Source of the DNA: Hyphomicrobium sp. | GTDB taxonomy: Bacteria; Pseudomonadota; Alphaproteobacteria; Rhizobiales; Hyphomicrobiaceae | Direction: 5' to 3' | Length of the DNA: 64,000 nt | Assembly: GCA_025351425.1 (NCBI GenBank) | Contig: JANXVY010000031.1 | Location: 9,202 to 73,201, forward strand | Part shown: piece by piece, positions 18,358 to 26,649 of the stretch | Position numbering within the stretch: position 1 is the first letter of the stretch | Layout: every line of letters starts with the position of its first letter | The notes under the pieces: generated by a model | Told to the model about the DNA's origin: nothing | Databases searched by the model: none | Seen by the model: the letters and a program-made list of their open reading frames with translations, nothing else | Program-made: the position numbers and the translations under genes

Positions 18358-20214
18358 TTAATTGCCGGCACTGCGCGGCCATAAGGCAAAAAGCGCTTCG
18401 AAACTGAGCCGGCGCGCGTCGTTGTCGAGCCCCGCCCGCCGCAAGGCGCGGATGCTATCGCCGAGCGCAATCATATGCGCGCCTTCCGAGCCCGACGGGC
18501 CGAGCGCCCGCATAACGAGCAACACCGTCCGCGCAAATTCCTTTTTCTTGGAGGCGTCCTGCAGTTCGCTCAATACGCCGGTTTCGGGCAGGAAGCCGTT
18601 GGCAGGCTGCGGAACCTTGCTGGCCGCATCCCACAGCGGGATCGGTACGTTGATGTCGTTGGCATCGAGCACCGTCGCCAGCCGATGAACGAGTTCCGGC
18701 GACAGACGGCCGCGAGTGGCGAGGTCCTCGACGGATGCGAGCGAGCGGCCGCGCTCGGCTTTCAAGGCCGGGTCAGCCAGATCGATGATCGCGTTCCAAT
18801 GGCGCAATCCGCCATCCCCCGGGACCGATCCTCCCAGCATCGACCATTGCCGCGCCCGGTCGAGTTTGCCGCTGGCAAGCCCGATTTCGATCCCTGTTTC
18901 GGCAAACCAGCCGATCTCGGGCACCGGCTGGATGCTGTCGGCAGAGTTGGACAGCATGTCCAGCGCCTGAAGGTAAAGCCCGTTGCGCTTCGAATCGTCG
19001 AGCAACGCCCGTATCAGCCGGACTTTCTTGAGCGGCGTGCGCTCGGCTTCGGCGGCCTTGAACAGACTGGCTCGGTGACCCGCGGGATCGGCTTTGTCGG
19101 CACGCGTTGTCAGCAAGGCTTCGGCGGCAGCTGGCGCGCCGAGCGACCGGTAGATTTCGGCCAGCGCCGATGGTGGCAGCGCATTGAGCCGTGCCGCCGC
19201 TTCCCCGGCGGCAAGCCGCAGCGAAGGCTCCGCGCCCGTATCCTGCGCGAGGCTGAGCAGCAGCGCCGGCTCGCCGTGCTCGAGCGTGTCCTTGCGGTCG
19301 ATCCCGGGGCCCAGCGCCAGCGTGCGGTATTGCAGTAGCGTTACGGTCTTGAGGCCGCTGATCGGCGTCTTCTGCCCGCCAGCCAGCATGTCCAGGATGG
19401 CGATAGCGGCCGGCTGCTCGATCTTTTCTTCACGCGCAAGCTCGGCCGTGAGCCCCGACGCAGCCGGATCGCTCCGTTTTACGGCGGCACAATACCCCGT
19501 CATCAGCAGGGCATCGCCCAGCAACGGCCTGGGCAGGTCGGCGCGGCGCGACAGCAGCGTCTTGGCGAGCTCGCAACCCGTGTCCGTATGACCAAGGCCG
19601 ATTTCGATGCGGGCAGCGGTCGCCGCGCGGATCGCGTCCGACGTCATAGCGGCCGGATCCTTGGCCAGCAGCCCGGCAGCATCCTCCAGCAGCCCGGAAC
19701 GGTAAAGTGCATCGGCACGTACGAGATCGAACCTCGGATCGGAGCCACCGGCGGCAGTGATCAGCCGCCGCCACAATGCTTGGACGGCGGGCGAGCGCGG
19801 CGGAATATCGAGCTTGGCGAGCAGCCGCTCAATGGCGGCAAGATCCAGCCCCTGCCAGGCTTCGGACGGCAGCCCCGTCTGAACACGGCCCCGATCGGCG
19901 GCCGCACCGCCCGAAAGCGCGGCAGGAACCGCAACCGGCGGCAGCTCGGTGCGTTCGATGGGGGCAAGTTCGCTGCGTTGTACCGCCACCGGCTCCCGCG
20001 CGGCGGGCGGAGCATATCGCTCCGGCGGCATGTCTGTGTCGCGCGCGCCCTCGAGGGGCTCTCTGGCGGTCTTTTTCTTGGGCGCAGGTTGCTGGTCAAG
20101 CTGCCCGAACGGATCCCACGCATCGCCCGCCTGGGCCGGCGCAGCAGCGCCCCCAACCGCGATCATGAGGCAAACGGCGGACAGGCGGACGGGCAGGCGG
20201 CTGGGATTGGACAT
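18358..20214 (-). CDS. secreted Ala/Leu-rich hypothetical protein
   Basis: 618-aa ORF trimmed to MSNPSRLPVRLSAVCLMIAVGGAAAPAQA (signal peptide). Coding-like GC3. I recognise no family. Confidence 0.7.
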   Translation of the reverse strand: MSNPSRLPVRLSAVCLMIAVGGAAAPAQAGDAWDPFGQLDQQPAPKKKTAREPLEGARDTDMPPERYAPPAAREPVAVQRSELAPIERTELPPVAVPAALSGGAAADRGRVQTGLPSEAWQGLDLAAIERLLAKLDIPPRSPAVQALWRRLITAAGGSDPRFDLVRADALYRSGLLEDAAGLLAKDPAAMTSDAIRAATAARIEIGLGHTDTGCELAKTLLSRRADLPRPLLGDALLMTGYCAAVKRSDPAASGLTAELAREEKIEQPAAIAILDMLAGGQKTPISGLKTVTLLQYRTLALGPGIDRKDTLEHGEPALLLSLAQDTGAEPSLRLAAGEAAARLNALPPSALAEIYRSLGAPAAAEALLTTRADKADPAGHRASLFKAAEAERTPLKKVRLIRALLDDSKRNGLYLQALDMLSNSADSIQPVPEIGWFAETGIEIGLASGKLDRARQWSMLGGSVPGDGGLRHWNAIIDLADPALKAERGRSLASVEDLATRGRLSPELVHRLATVLDANDINVPIPLWDAASKVPQPANGFLPETGVLSELQDASKKKEFARTVLLVMRALGPSGSEGAHMIALGDSIRALRRAGLDNDARRLSFEALFALWPRSAGN

Positions 20215-20239
20215 ACGACCTTGCTGGGTCTGTGGCGTG

Positions 20240-20386
20240 TTAGGGGCGGCGGATCTTGACGTTGGGCACCGGCTTGCTGACTTCGTGCTGTTCGGGTTCG
20301 AACCGGGTCGCAAGCACATACAGCCCGCCCGACACGACGGCCGTCAGCCCACCCACCACGAAAAGGAACCGAAACAAACTCGGCAT
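20240..20386 (-). CDS. small single-TM hypothetical protein (48 aa)
   Basis: MPSLFRFLFVVGGLTAVVSGGLYVLATRF..., from the internal Met of track ORF 20240..20452. Confidence 0.45.
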   Translation of the reverse strand: MPSLFRFLFVVGGLTAVVSGGLYVLATRFEPEQHEVSKPVPNVKIRRP

Positions 20387-20696
20387 TTGGTCGAACCTGC
20401 TTTGAAATGGTATGTCACGGCTCTTGTTGGCGTCATTATGACCAGGAAACAAGAGCAGGAGTACGCGGCACGACGGGCGGCTTTAAGATCAAACCTCTAG
20501 CATCGCGCGATAACGCCCTTCCAATGCTGCCGAAAGTGCGATTTAAAAAATTGCCCGGAATTTTTGCATGCTGCTGCTATTTGGGCGGCACAGGCTGCCG
20601 CACTGGCCAGTGCCAGGCTGGCCGTGGCGAATCGAAACGAGACTAGTCTGGACGATGATGCAACGGACTGAGATGCAGCGGACTGAGACGGATACC

Positions 20697-22463
20697 ATGA
20701 GCGGACTGCGCGAGGCGCTTGGGCCACGCTCGATCGTGATGGTCGGGCTGATGGGGTGCGGAAAGTCTTCGGTGGGCAGGCGGATGGCTGCCCGCCTGGG
20801 GCTGCCGTTCGTCGATGTCGACGACGAAATCGAAACGTGCGCCCACAAGACGATCAACGAAATTTTCGCTGACCATGGCGAAGAGTATTTTCGCGACGGC
20901 GAGCGCCGCGTGATCGCGCGCCTGCTGAGCAACGGCCCGCAGGTGCTGGCAACCGGCGGCGGCGCGTTCATCAACCCCGAGACGCGCGCCAAGATCAAAG
21001 ACTCCGGCATCTCGATTTGGCTCAAGGCGGACCTGCCGGTACTGATGAAGCGGGTCTCCAAGCGCGACACGCGTCCGCTGTTGCGCAGCGGCGATCCCGA
21101 AGTCACCATGCTTAGCCTGATGGCGCAGCGCTATCCAATCTATGCGGAAGCCGATCTCGCCGTCGAAAGCCGCGACGTTCCGCACGATCAGATCGTGAAT
21201 GAAGTCATCGAAAGCCTGAAACGGCACCCCCTGCTGCAAGGATTGCGACCCCATGCCCAGTCCCAGAACCCGGCACGCCAGGCAGCCCAACAACGCGCGA
21301 TGGAGAAGAGCGTGAGCGCAGCCCTCATATCCGCAGTCACACCCCAAAAAGCAACACTCCCCCGCGTGGTGCACGTACCGCTTCCTGGACGCGCCTATGA
21401 CGTGCTGATCGGGCCGGCCCTCGTCGCTGAAGCCGGTCAGCTCATAACGCAGACACTGGGCCCGGTACGATGCGCCATCGTCACCGACGAAAACGTCGCC
21501 CGCCACCACCTGGCGACGCTGGAAGCAAGCCTCCGCGCACTCAATTGCCACGCCGGCACCATCGTGTTGCCGCCCGGCGAAGCGACGAAATCGTTCCGCC
21601 AGCTGCAGCCATTATGCGAACAGCTGCTGATGCTCGGGCTTGAGCGTGGCGATATCGTCGTCCCCTTTGGCGGCGGCGTGATCGGCGATCTGGCGGGCTT
21701 TGCGGCGAGCATTTTGCGCCGCGGCGTCCGCTTCGTGCAGGTCCCGACTTCGCTGCTGGCGCAGGTCGATAGCTCCGTCGGCGGCAAAACGGGCATCAAC
21801 ACGCCCCAGGGTAAGAACCTGATCGGCACGTTCCACCAGCCAAGCCTCGTACTGGCCGACACCAACGTGCTGTCGACACTGCCGGTTCGCGAAATGCGCG
21901 CAGGCTATGCCGAGGTCGCCAAGTACGGACTGCTCGGCGACGCGCCGTTCTTTGCGTGGCTCGAAGCCCACTGGCAGGGCGTGTTCGGCAACGACGCAAC
22001 CGCCCTTACGGACGCGATCGAAACCAGCATCAAGGCGAAGGCCGCTGTCGTCGTGCGCGACGAGCACGAAACCGGCGACCGCGCGCTGCTAAACTTGGGA
22101 CATACCTTCGGTCACGCGCTTGAAGCCTGGACGGGCTATTCCGGCCGCCTGTTGCACGGCGAGGGCGTGTCGATCGGCATGTGCCTCGCCTTCCGCCTGT
22201 CGGAACAGTTGAACCATTGCCCGCAAGGCACCGCCGAACGGGTGTCGAAGCATTTGAAGGCCGTGGGCTTGCCGACCCGCATTGGCGATATTCCCGGCGG
22301 AAAAGCCAACGCGGACGAGCTGTTTGCGCTGATGGGCCAGGACAAGAAGGTCAAATCCGGCCGCCTGACCTTCATCATGGCCCACAGCATCGGTCAGGCC
22401 TTTATCACGCGCGACATCGAACCCGGCACGGTGCGCGCTTTCCTCGCCAAGGAAATCGGGTAG
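20697..22463 (+). CDS. aroKB: bifunctional shikimate kinase / 3-dehydroquinate synthase (single uninterrupted ORF)
   Basis: The N-terminal part reads VMVGLMGCGKSSVGRRMA...FVDVDDEIE...ATGGGAF (AroK). The C-terminal part reads GGGVIGDLAGFAA..RGVRFVQVPTSLLAQVDSSVGGKTGIN...LNLGHTFGHALE (AroB). There is no stop codon between them. Confidence 0.85.
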   Translation: MSGLREALGPRSIVMVGLMGCGKSSVGRRMAARLGLPFVDVDDEIETCAHKTINEIFADHGEEYFRDGERRVIARLLSNGPQVLATGGGAFINPETRAKIKDSGISIWLKADLPVLMKRVSKRDTRPLLRSGDPEVTMLSLMAQRYPIYAEADLAVESRDVPHDQIVNEVIESLKRHPLLQGLRPHAQSQNPARQAAQQRAMEKSVSAALISAVTPQKATLPRVVHVPLPGRAYDVLIGPALVAEAGQLITQTLGPVRCAIVTDENVARHHLATLEASLRALNCHAGTIVLPPGEATKSFRQLQPLCEQLLMLGLERGDIVVPFGGGVIGDLAGFAASILRRGVRFVQVPTSLLAQVDSSVGGKTGINTPQGKNLIGTFHQPSLVLADTNVLSTLPVREMRAGYAEVAKYGLLGDAPFFAWLEAHWQGVFGNDATALTDAIETSIKAKAAVVVRDEHETGDRALLNLGHTFGHALEAWTGYSGRLLHGEGVSIGMCLAFRLSEQLNHCPQGTAERVSKHLKAVGLPTRIGDIPGGKANADELFALMGQDKKVKSGRLTFIMAHSIGQAFITRDIEPGTVRAFLAKEIG

Positions 22464-22662
22464 TCGCAGATCGCACTTAAATCTCGTCATGGTCGCACAG
22501 GCGGACCTCTGGTCGACCCGAATTTTCAACCGGTTCGTGTCAAACAGTTCGTCGGAACGTCCGGGTCGTGCCCTGCGCAGGCATGACGGCCGCCGCACGC
22601 CAGCGTCAAAAGACGAGAGTGCTCATTACCCGCGCGCCGCAGCCTATGCTAGACACACCACC

Positions 22663-23994
22663 ATGCCCTTAGAAATCATCCTCGTCCTGATCGCCATTTT
22701 TGTGCTGCTTGCGCTGTCGGCATTCTTCAACATCAGCGAAACCGCGCTGACGGCCTCTTCGCGCGCGCGCATGCACGCCCTGGAACAGGAGGGCGACAAG
22801 AATGCCTATCTCGTCAACCGCCTGATGACCCGGCCCGAACGGGTGATCGGCACCGTCCTGCTTGGCAATACGCTGGTGGACGTGCTGGCGGCAGCACTCG
22901 CCTCGCACCTTGCCGTGACGCTGGTGGGTGACGTCGGTGTGGTGGCGGCGACCTTCGTCATGACCGCGCTGATCGTGATCTTCGCGGCTGTTCTTCCCAA
23001 GACCTATGCGATGGCCGACGCCGACCGGACCGCGCTCGCGGTTGCCCCGTTCATGCGCGCGACCATCTGGTTTCTGGCGCCGCTGACGGTCGCTATGCAG
23101 GTGATCGTGCGGCTGTTGCTGAAATTGACCCCGTCCGCGCGCGACGATGCGGCCAACATCCTGGCGACCCACGAGGAACTGCGCGGTACGATCGAACTCG
23201 GCCACAAGGAAGGCGCGGTCGCCAAGGGCGATGCGCATATGCTGGGCGGCGTGCTCGATCTGTCGGACTTGCAAGTACTCGACATCATGGTCCACCGCAC
23301 CAAGATGGAGACGGTGAACGCCGACGATCCGCCCCAGACGATCCTCGATGAGATCCTGAAATCGCAGTACACACGTGTGCCGCTCTGGAAGGACGAACCC
23401 GAAAACATCGTCGGCGTTCTGCATACCAAGGACCTGCTGGTGGCGCTCGGCAAGCAGGGCTGGGATGTTGCGACGCTCGACGTCATGAGTTTTGCAGGCA
23501 AGCCCTGGTTCGTGCCCGATACGACGAGCGTAAAGGACCAGTTGAACCAGTTCTTGAAACAGAAGCAGCAGATGGCGCTGGTGGTCGACGAGTATGGCGA
23601 AGTGCAGGGCCTGATCACGCTTGAAGATATATTGGAGGAGATCGTAGGCCAAATCGCCGACGAGCACGACACCCACGAGAGCGCAATCCGCCCGCAGGCC
23701 GACGGCACGGTGAACGTGGATGGCGCGGTCGCGATCCGCGATTTGAACCGTCACATGGATTGGGACTTGCCCGATGAGGAGGCGACGACGATTGCCGGCC
23801 TCGTGATCCACGAAGCGCAGACCATCCCCGAGCCGGGCCAGGCGTTCACGTTTCACGGCTACCGCTTCGAGGTGCTGCGCAAGTCGCGCAACAAGATCAC
23901 GGCGCTGCGCGTGAAGCCGGTCGCCCCGGTCGGAGCCAATGGTGGCGGCAAGAGCGGCCGCAGCGGCGAAACCGACGCCATGTCGGCGGGGTGA
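22663..23994 (+). CDS. HlyC/CorC-family transporter (CNNM TM domain + CBS pair + CorC_HlyC)
   Basis: MPLEIILVLIAIFVLLALSAFFNISETAL..., then CBS-like repeats, then ITLEDILEEIVG and TFHGYRFEVL. Trimmed to the ATG at 22663. Confidence 0.88.
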   Translation: MPLEIILVLIAIFVLLALSAFFNISETALTASSRARMHALEQEGDKNAYLVNRLMTRPERVIGTVLLGNTLVDVLAAALASHLAVTLVGDVGVVAATFVMTALIVIFAAVLPKTYAMADADRTALAVAPFMRATIWFLAPLTVAMQVIVRLLLKLTPSARDDAANILATHEELRGTIELGHKEGAVAKGDAHMLGGVLDLSDLQVLDIMVHRTKMETVNADDPPQTILDEILKSQYTRVPLWKDEPENIVGVLHTKDLLVALGKQGWDVATLDVMSFAGKPWFVPDTTSVKDQLNQFLKQKQQMALVVDEYGEVQGLITLEDILEEIVGQIADEHDTHESAIRPQADGTVNVDGAVAIRDLNRHMDWDLPDEEATTIAGLVIHEAQTIPEPGQAFTFHGYRFEVLRKSRNKITALRVKPVAPVGANGGGKSGRSGETDAMSAG

Positions 23995-24108
23995 GCCGGG
24001 CGGGCGGCGGCCGCGCCTGTTGGCTCAACGCTTAACAACCGCCGCTTAGAGCGCGTTAGGAAAGGTGTGAAGCGGTTTTCGCATAAAAACGCGCGATAAA
24101 ACAATAAC

Positions 24109-24184
24109 CTAGTGTTCCGGTTCCGACATTTGCTTCCCACCGCAGCACGCACAGTGCAAATGCCGGAACCATGAGGAACACTAG
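24109..24184. repeat. 76-bp CTAG-bounded palindrome (MITE/BIME-like unit)
   Basis: Arms CTAGTGTTCC|GGTTCCG|CATTTGC pair with GCAAATG|CGGAACC|GGAACACTAG, about 24 paired bp around a 22-nt loop. Confidence 0.75.
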
Positions 24185-24197
24185 CCAGTTCATGATT

Positions 24198-24276
24198 CTA
24201 GTGTAGCTTTTGCATCTGACGTTTGGTTGATTGGCCGGCTGCGAGTGGGTACCAAACGTCAGATGCGCTACACTAG
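24198..24276. repeat. 79-bp CTAG-bounded palindrome (MITE/BIME-like unit)
   Basis: CTAGTGTAGC + GCATCTGACGTTTGGT pair with ACCAAACGTCAGATGC + GCTACACTAG, 26 paired bp with a 23-nt loop. It shares the CTAGTGT...ACACTAG termini with the neighbouring unit. Confidence 0.75.
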
Positions 24277-24348
24277 AGCATGTGAGCGATTCAAAGAAAA
24301 GCGAACATGCTCAAGAGCAGAAACGTCGCGCGCGACCGTGGCGAAGCG

Positions 24349-26412
24349 TCAAATCGGCGCCTTTTCCTCATATCTCGACGCAAACGGCGGCGCCAACTTG
24401 CCGCTGGATACCGCGCGAATGGCGTAAATGGCCTCTGCGATCGATTCTAGTCCATCGCCCGCGACAGGGATCGCTGAAAAGCCATCGGCAAACGACGCCG
24501 CAAAGCCCTGCGTCAGTTCGATGGGCAGAATGTTGCAGTGTGCTTCGTCGAACAAGGTTTTGCGGTATCCGATTTCCCGCTGAACCCAGCCAGCTTGCCC
24601 ATCGGGCCCTGCCGCCCGTTCCGACACGAACGGAACCATGACCAGCGATTCTGCGAGCGCCAATTCTATTTCGTTCTTGAACCGGCGCATGGCCTCAGGA
24701 CGGCTCATATAGACCCGCAACCCCGACGTCTCCATTTCTTCGCGCCAGATGTTCGCTATTCTCTCATCCCGATGAGAATAACTTATGAAAACATCGAAAG
24801 AGAATTGGTTGGCGAGCTGTCGCTTTATTGCTTCGACGATTTTCGAGTAGACCAAGGGGCCGAATGATTTCAGGGCGCGCTCATGAATACATACGATCTT
24901 GACGGGTGAGCTGCTCGGGCCCATATCGATCGAAAACTTGTGATAATGCCCGACAACGGCCCCATCCAGATTGGCATAGACGATCGGGAGTGCGGCCGCA
25001 TCGAGTGTCTTATTGATGACTTCGTTTTGCGTCGACTCTTTGAGCCTTCCGCCCGCGAGGATATAAAGACCTGGCGTTTTAAAATTATCGAAGGATTTAA
25101 AAACGAATTCAGCGTCTTTCCAGTCGGCGGATACGATCTCAGAATCCCAGACCATTCTTTCCCACGGTTGCTCGACCCCCGCCAGAGGCGCCGAATTTCC
25201 CTTCGCCAGATAGTCGCAATTGCTGCAAACGAAGCTCAACACGCGATCCAGAAGGAATTCATTGAAAGCGCGTTCCAGCCGGAGATTTTTCGGATTGGCG
25301 TTCAGCAACCCCTGCAAGGTATTGTAGTTGATCGACAGCATGGCCGTCGGGCCTATCGCCTGCAAGGTAGCCGTTCTGTGGCGATTAAGTGCGAGGGCGA
25401 GTTCGCCGACGATTGCTCCTTCGCCGAAGCTCAAATCGAAGGGCGTTGCCGATTGAGTGGCACTCGAACCAGTCTGCGTATTGAGCACGACCCCGATTTG
25501 CCCCTTGAGCACGATAAACATAGTGTCACCGGCATCGTCTTTCATGCAGATCGTCTCGCCGTCTTCGCGTTCGACCAGATGTGCATTGAGCACGAGATCT
25601 TGCATCGATTGCCGGTTCATTTGCGAAAACAAGGGATGAGCCTCAATGCGCTGACCGCTGGGTCCATGGACCACCAATTGCGTAGGGCTGATCATATGCA
25701 AGGCATTCACCGCATCGGGGTCCAGCGAAGCGATCTGGAGCAATCGCTTGGCATGGTAGATGACCGCCCAGAAGTTCCCAGCCTGCAAGGTGCTTTGCAG
25801 CGACGTCCTGACCGTGTTTGATATTTCCGGAATAACTGAACTGAAAACACCGTCCAACGATAGATAGGCGACTGTATGAGCGCGATGGTGCTTTAGATAC
25901 ACGACCCTGTTACCGGCGAACGTGACCCTGCCAACGAGATCGCCACCGCTTGATCTCTGCCCGCCGATAAAGTCGCAAAATGCAGCGGTCGCAACGACGG
26001 CGCCCGGCGTACCGAACTTCAACAGGCTACCGCACAGATTTATGCCATCGCCTGCGAGCTCTTTGCGGGAATCGGCGCCTTCCAGAACGGAAACCGGGCC
26101 GTAGTGCGCCGTCAACCGCAATGCGAGGTTGGGATTATTGTGATCTGGTGACCTGGCATTGGCCCACAGAAAAAGCTCTCTGATCAACGCAAGTGCTGTT
26201 TCGGCATGGCGATCGCTCAGGAACGCAATGTGGCCGCCGTCGCCACCGGACGCCCAGATGACGTCGTTGGAGAAATAGGGTGCGCAGACCTTGCGGATGC
26301 ATCCGTTCAAGGCCTCAATGCGCGCAACTTGACGGCGATGATTCGTATCCGCGCCGTGTCCGACGATATCGCACGATACGAGGATCGCATCCTCCGGCGG
26401 GTCGGTCACCAT
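24349..26412 (-). CDS. fusion protein: class III nucleotidyl-cyclase-like domain + cNMP-binding domain + second degenerate cNMP-like barrel + C-terminal TIR domain (687 aa)
   Basis: Track ORF 24349..26562 trimmed to MVTDPPEDAILV (ATG at 26412, preceded by GGAG with 8-nt spacing). Cyclase-like motifs are LVSCDIVGHG, SGGDGGHIAF, LRLTAHYGPV and GDGINLCGSLLKFGTPGAVVAT. The CNB domain reads GDTMFIVLKGQIGVV...FGEGAIVGELALALNRHRTATLQA. The TIR domain reads FDVFISYSHRDE...LVMVPFVS...GWVQREIG. GC content is visibly lower than in the flanks. Confidence 0.85.
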   Translation of the reverse strand: MVTDPPEDAILVSCDIVGHGADTNHRRQVARIEALNGCIRKVCAPYFSNDVIWASGGDGGHIAFLSDRHAETALALIRELFLWANARSPDHNNPNLALRLTAHYGPVSVLEGADSRKELAGDGINLCGSLLKFGTPGAVVATAAFCDFIGGQRSSGGDLVGRVTFAGNRVVYLKHHRAHTVAYLSLDGVFSSVIPEISNTVRTSLQSTLQAGNFWAVIYHAKRLLQIASLDPDAVNALHMISPTQLVVHGPSGQRIEAHPLFSQMNRQSMQDLVLNAHLVEREDGETICMKDDAGDTMFIVLKGQIGVVLNTQTGSSATQSATPFDLSFGEGAIVGELALALNRHRTATLQAIGPTAMLSINYNTLQGLLNANPKNLRLERAFNEFLLDRVLSFVCSNCDYLAKGNSAPLAGVEQPWERMVWDSEIVSADWKDAEFVFKSFDNFKTPGLYILAGGRLKESTQNEVINKTLDAAALPIVYANLDGAVVGHYHKFSIDMGPSSSPVKIVCIHERALKSFGPLVYSKIVEAIKRQLANQFSFDVFISYSHRDERIANIWREEMETSGLRVYMSRPEAMRRFKNEIELALAESLVMVPFVSERAAGPDGQAGWVQREIGYRKTLFDEAHCNILPIELTQGFAASFADGFSAIPVAGDGLESIAEAIYAIRAVSSGKLAPPFASRYEEKAPI

Positions 26413-26581
26413 GCCAGCCACTCCATATGAGAAGGCGCGCAACCGATGGTACAGGCCTGCCCCAAACCATCGGCCGAGGATTCGTAAGCGAGTGCGGCCT
26501 CCAGCTAGGTCGGCCTTGGCTCGCCGCGACCAAGCGTATTCGAGACACGATGACCTCGGCAAGCCCGTTTCGGGAATTGCG

Positions 26582-26610
26582 AAAAAAGTGTTCCCCGGAG
26601 CGGGGAGAAC
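26582..26610 (-). terminator. rho-independent terminator downstream of hrpB
   Basis: Read on the minus strand: GTTC(T)CCC-CGCTCC-GGGGAAC followed by ACTTTTTTC. The plus-strand A-run is at 26582-26587. Confidence 0.55.
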
Positions 26611-26649
26611 CCGTGCCGGACGGCGAGGGTCGCGCCGGCGGCGGCTCCC

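Larger units (their letters stand above)
24061..24312 (+). repeat. bipartite intergenic element, copy 2, expanded by two extra nested CTAG-bounded palindromes
   Basis: The 5' module AAAGGTGTGAAGCGGTTTTCGCATAAAAACGCGCGATAAAACAATAACCTAG spans 24061-24112. The terminal hairpin (CT)AGAGCATGT..ACATGCTC spans 24273-24312. Copy 3 (36624-36713) has the two parts directly joined, whereas here 24113-24272 is inserted at the CTAG. Confidence 0.8.

Noticed and set aside
20660-20688. A tandem near-repeat, GCA(A/G)CGGACTGAGA x2, just upstream of the aroK start.
   Set aside because: It is short and present in one copy pair only, with no palindromic character. It is equally explained by replication slippage, and I have no basis to call it regulatory.
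26413-26562. A 50-codon N-terminal extension of the cyclase-CNB-TIR ORF (MPRSSCLEYAWSRRAKADLAGGRTRLRILGRWFG...).
   Set aside because: It is Arg/Gly-rich and unlike the rest of the protein. It lacks an RBS, whereas the ATG at 26412 has GGAG-N8 and opens directly onto the first cyclase beta-strand motif. I cannot exclude it without N-terminal data.
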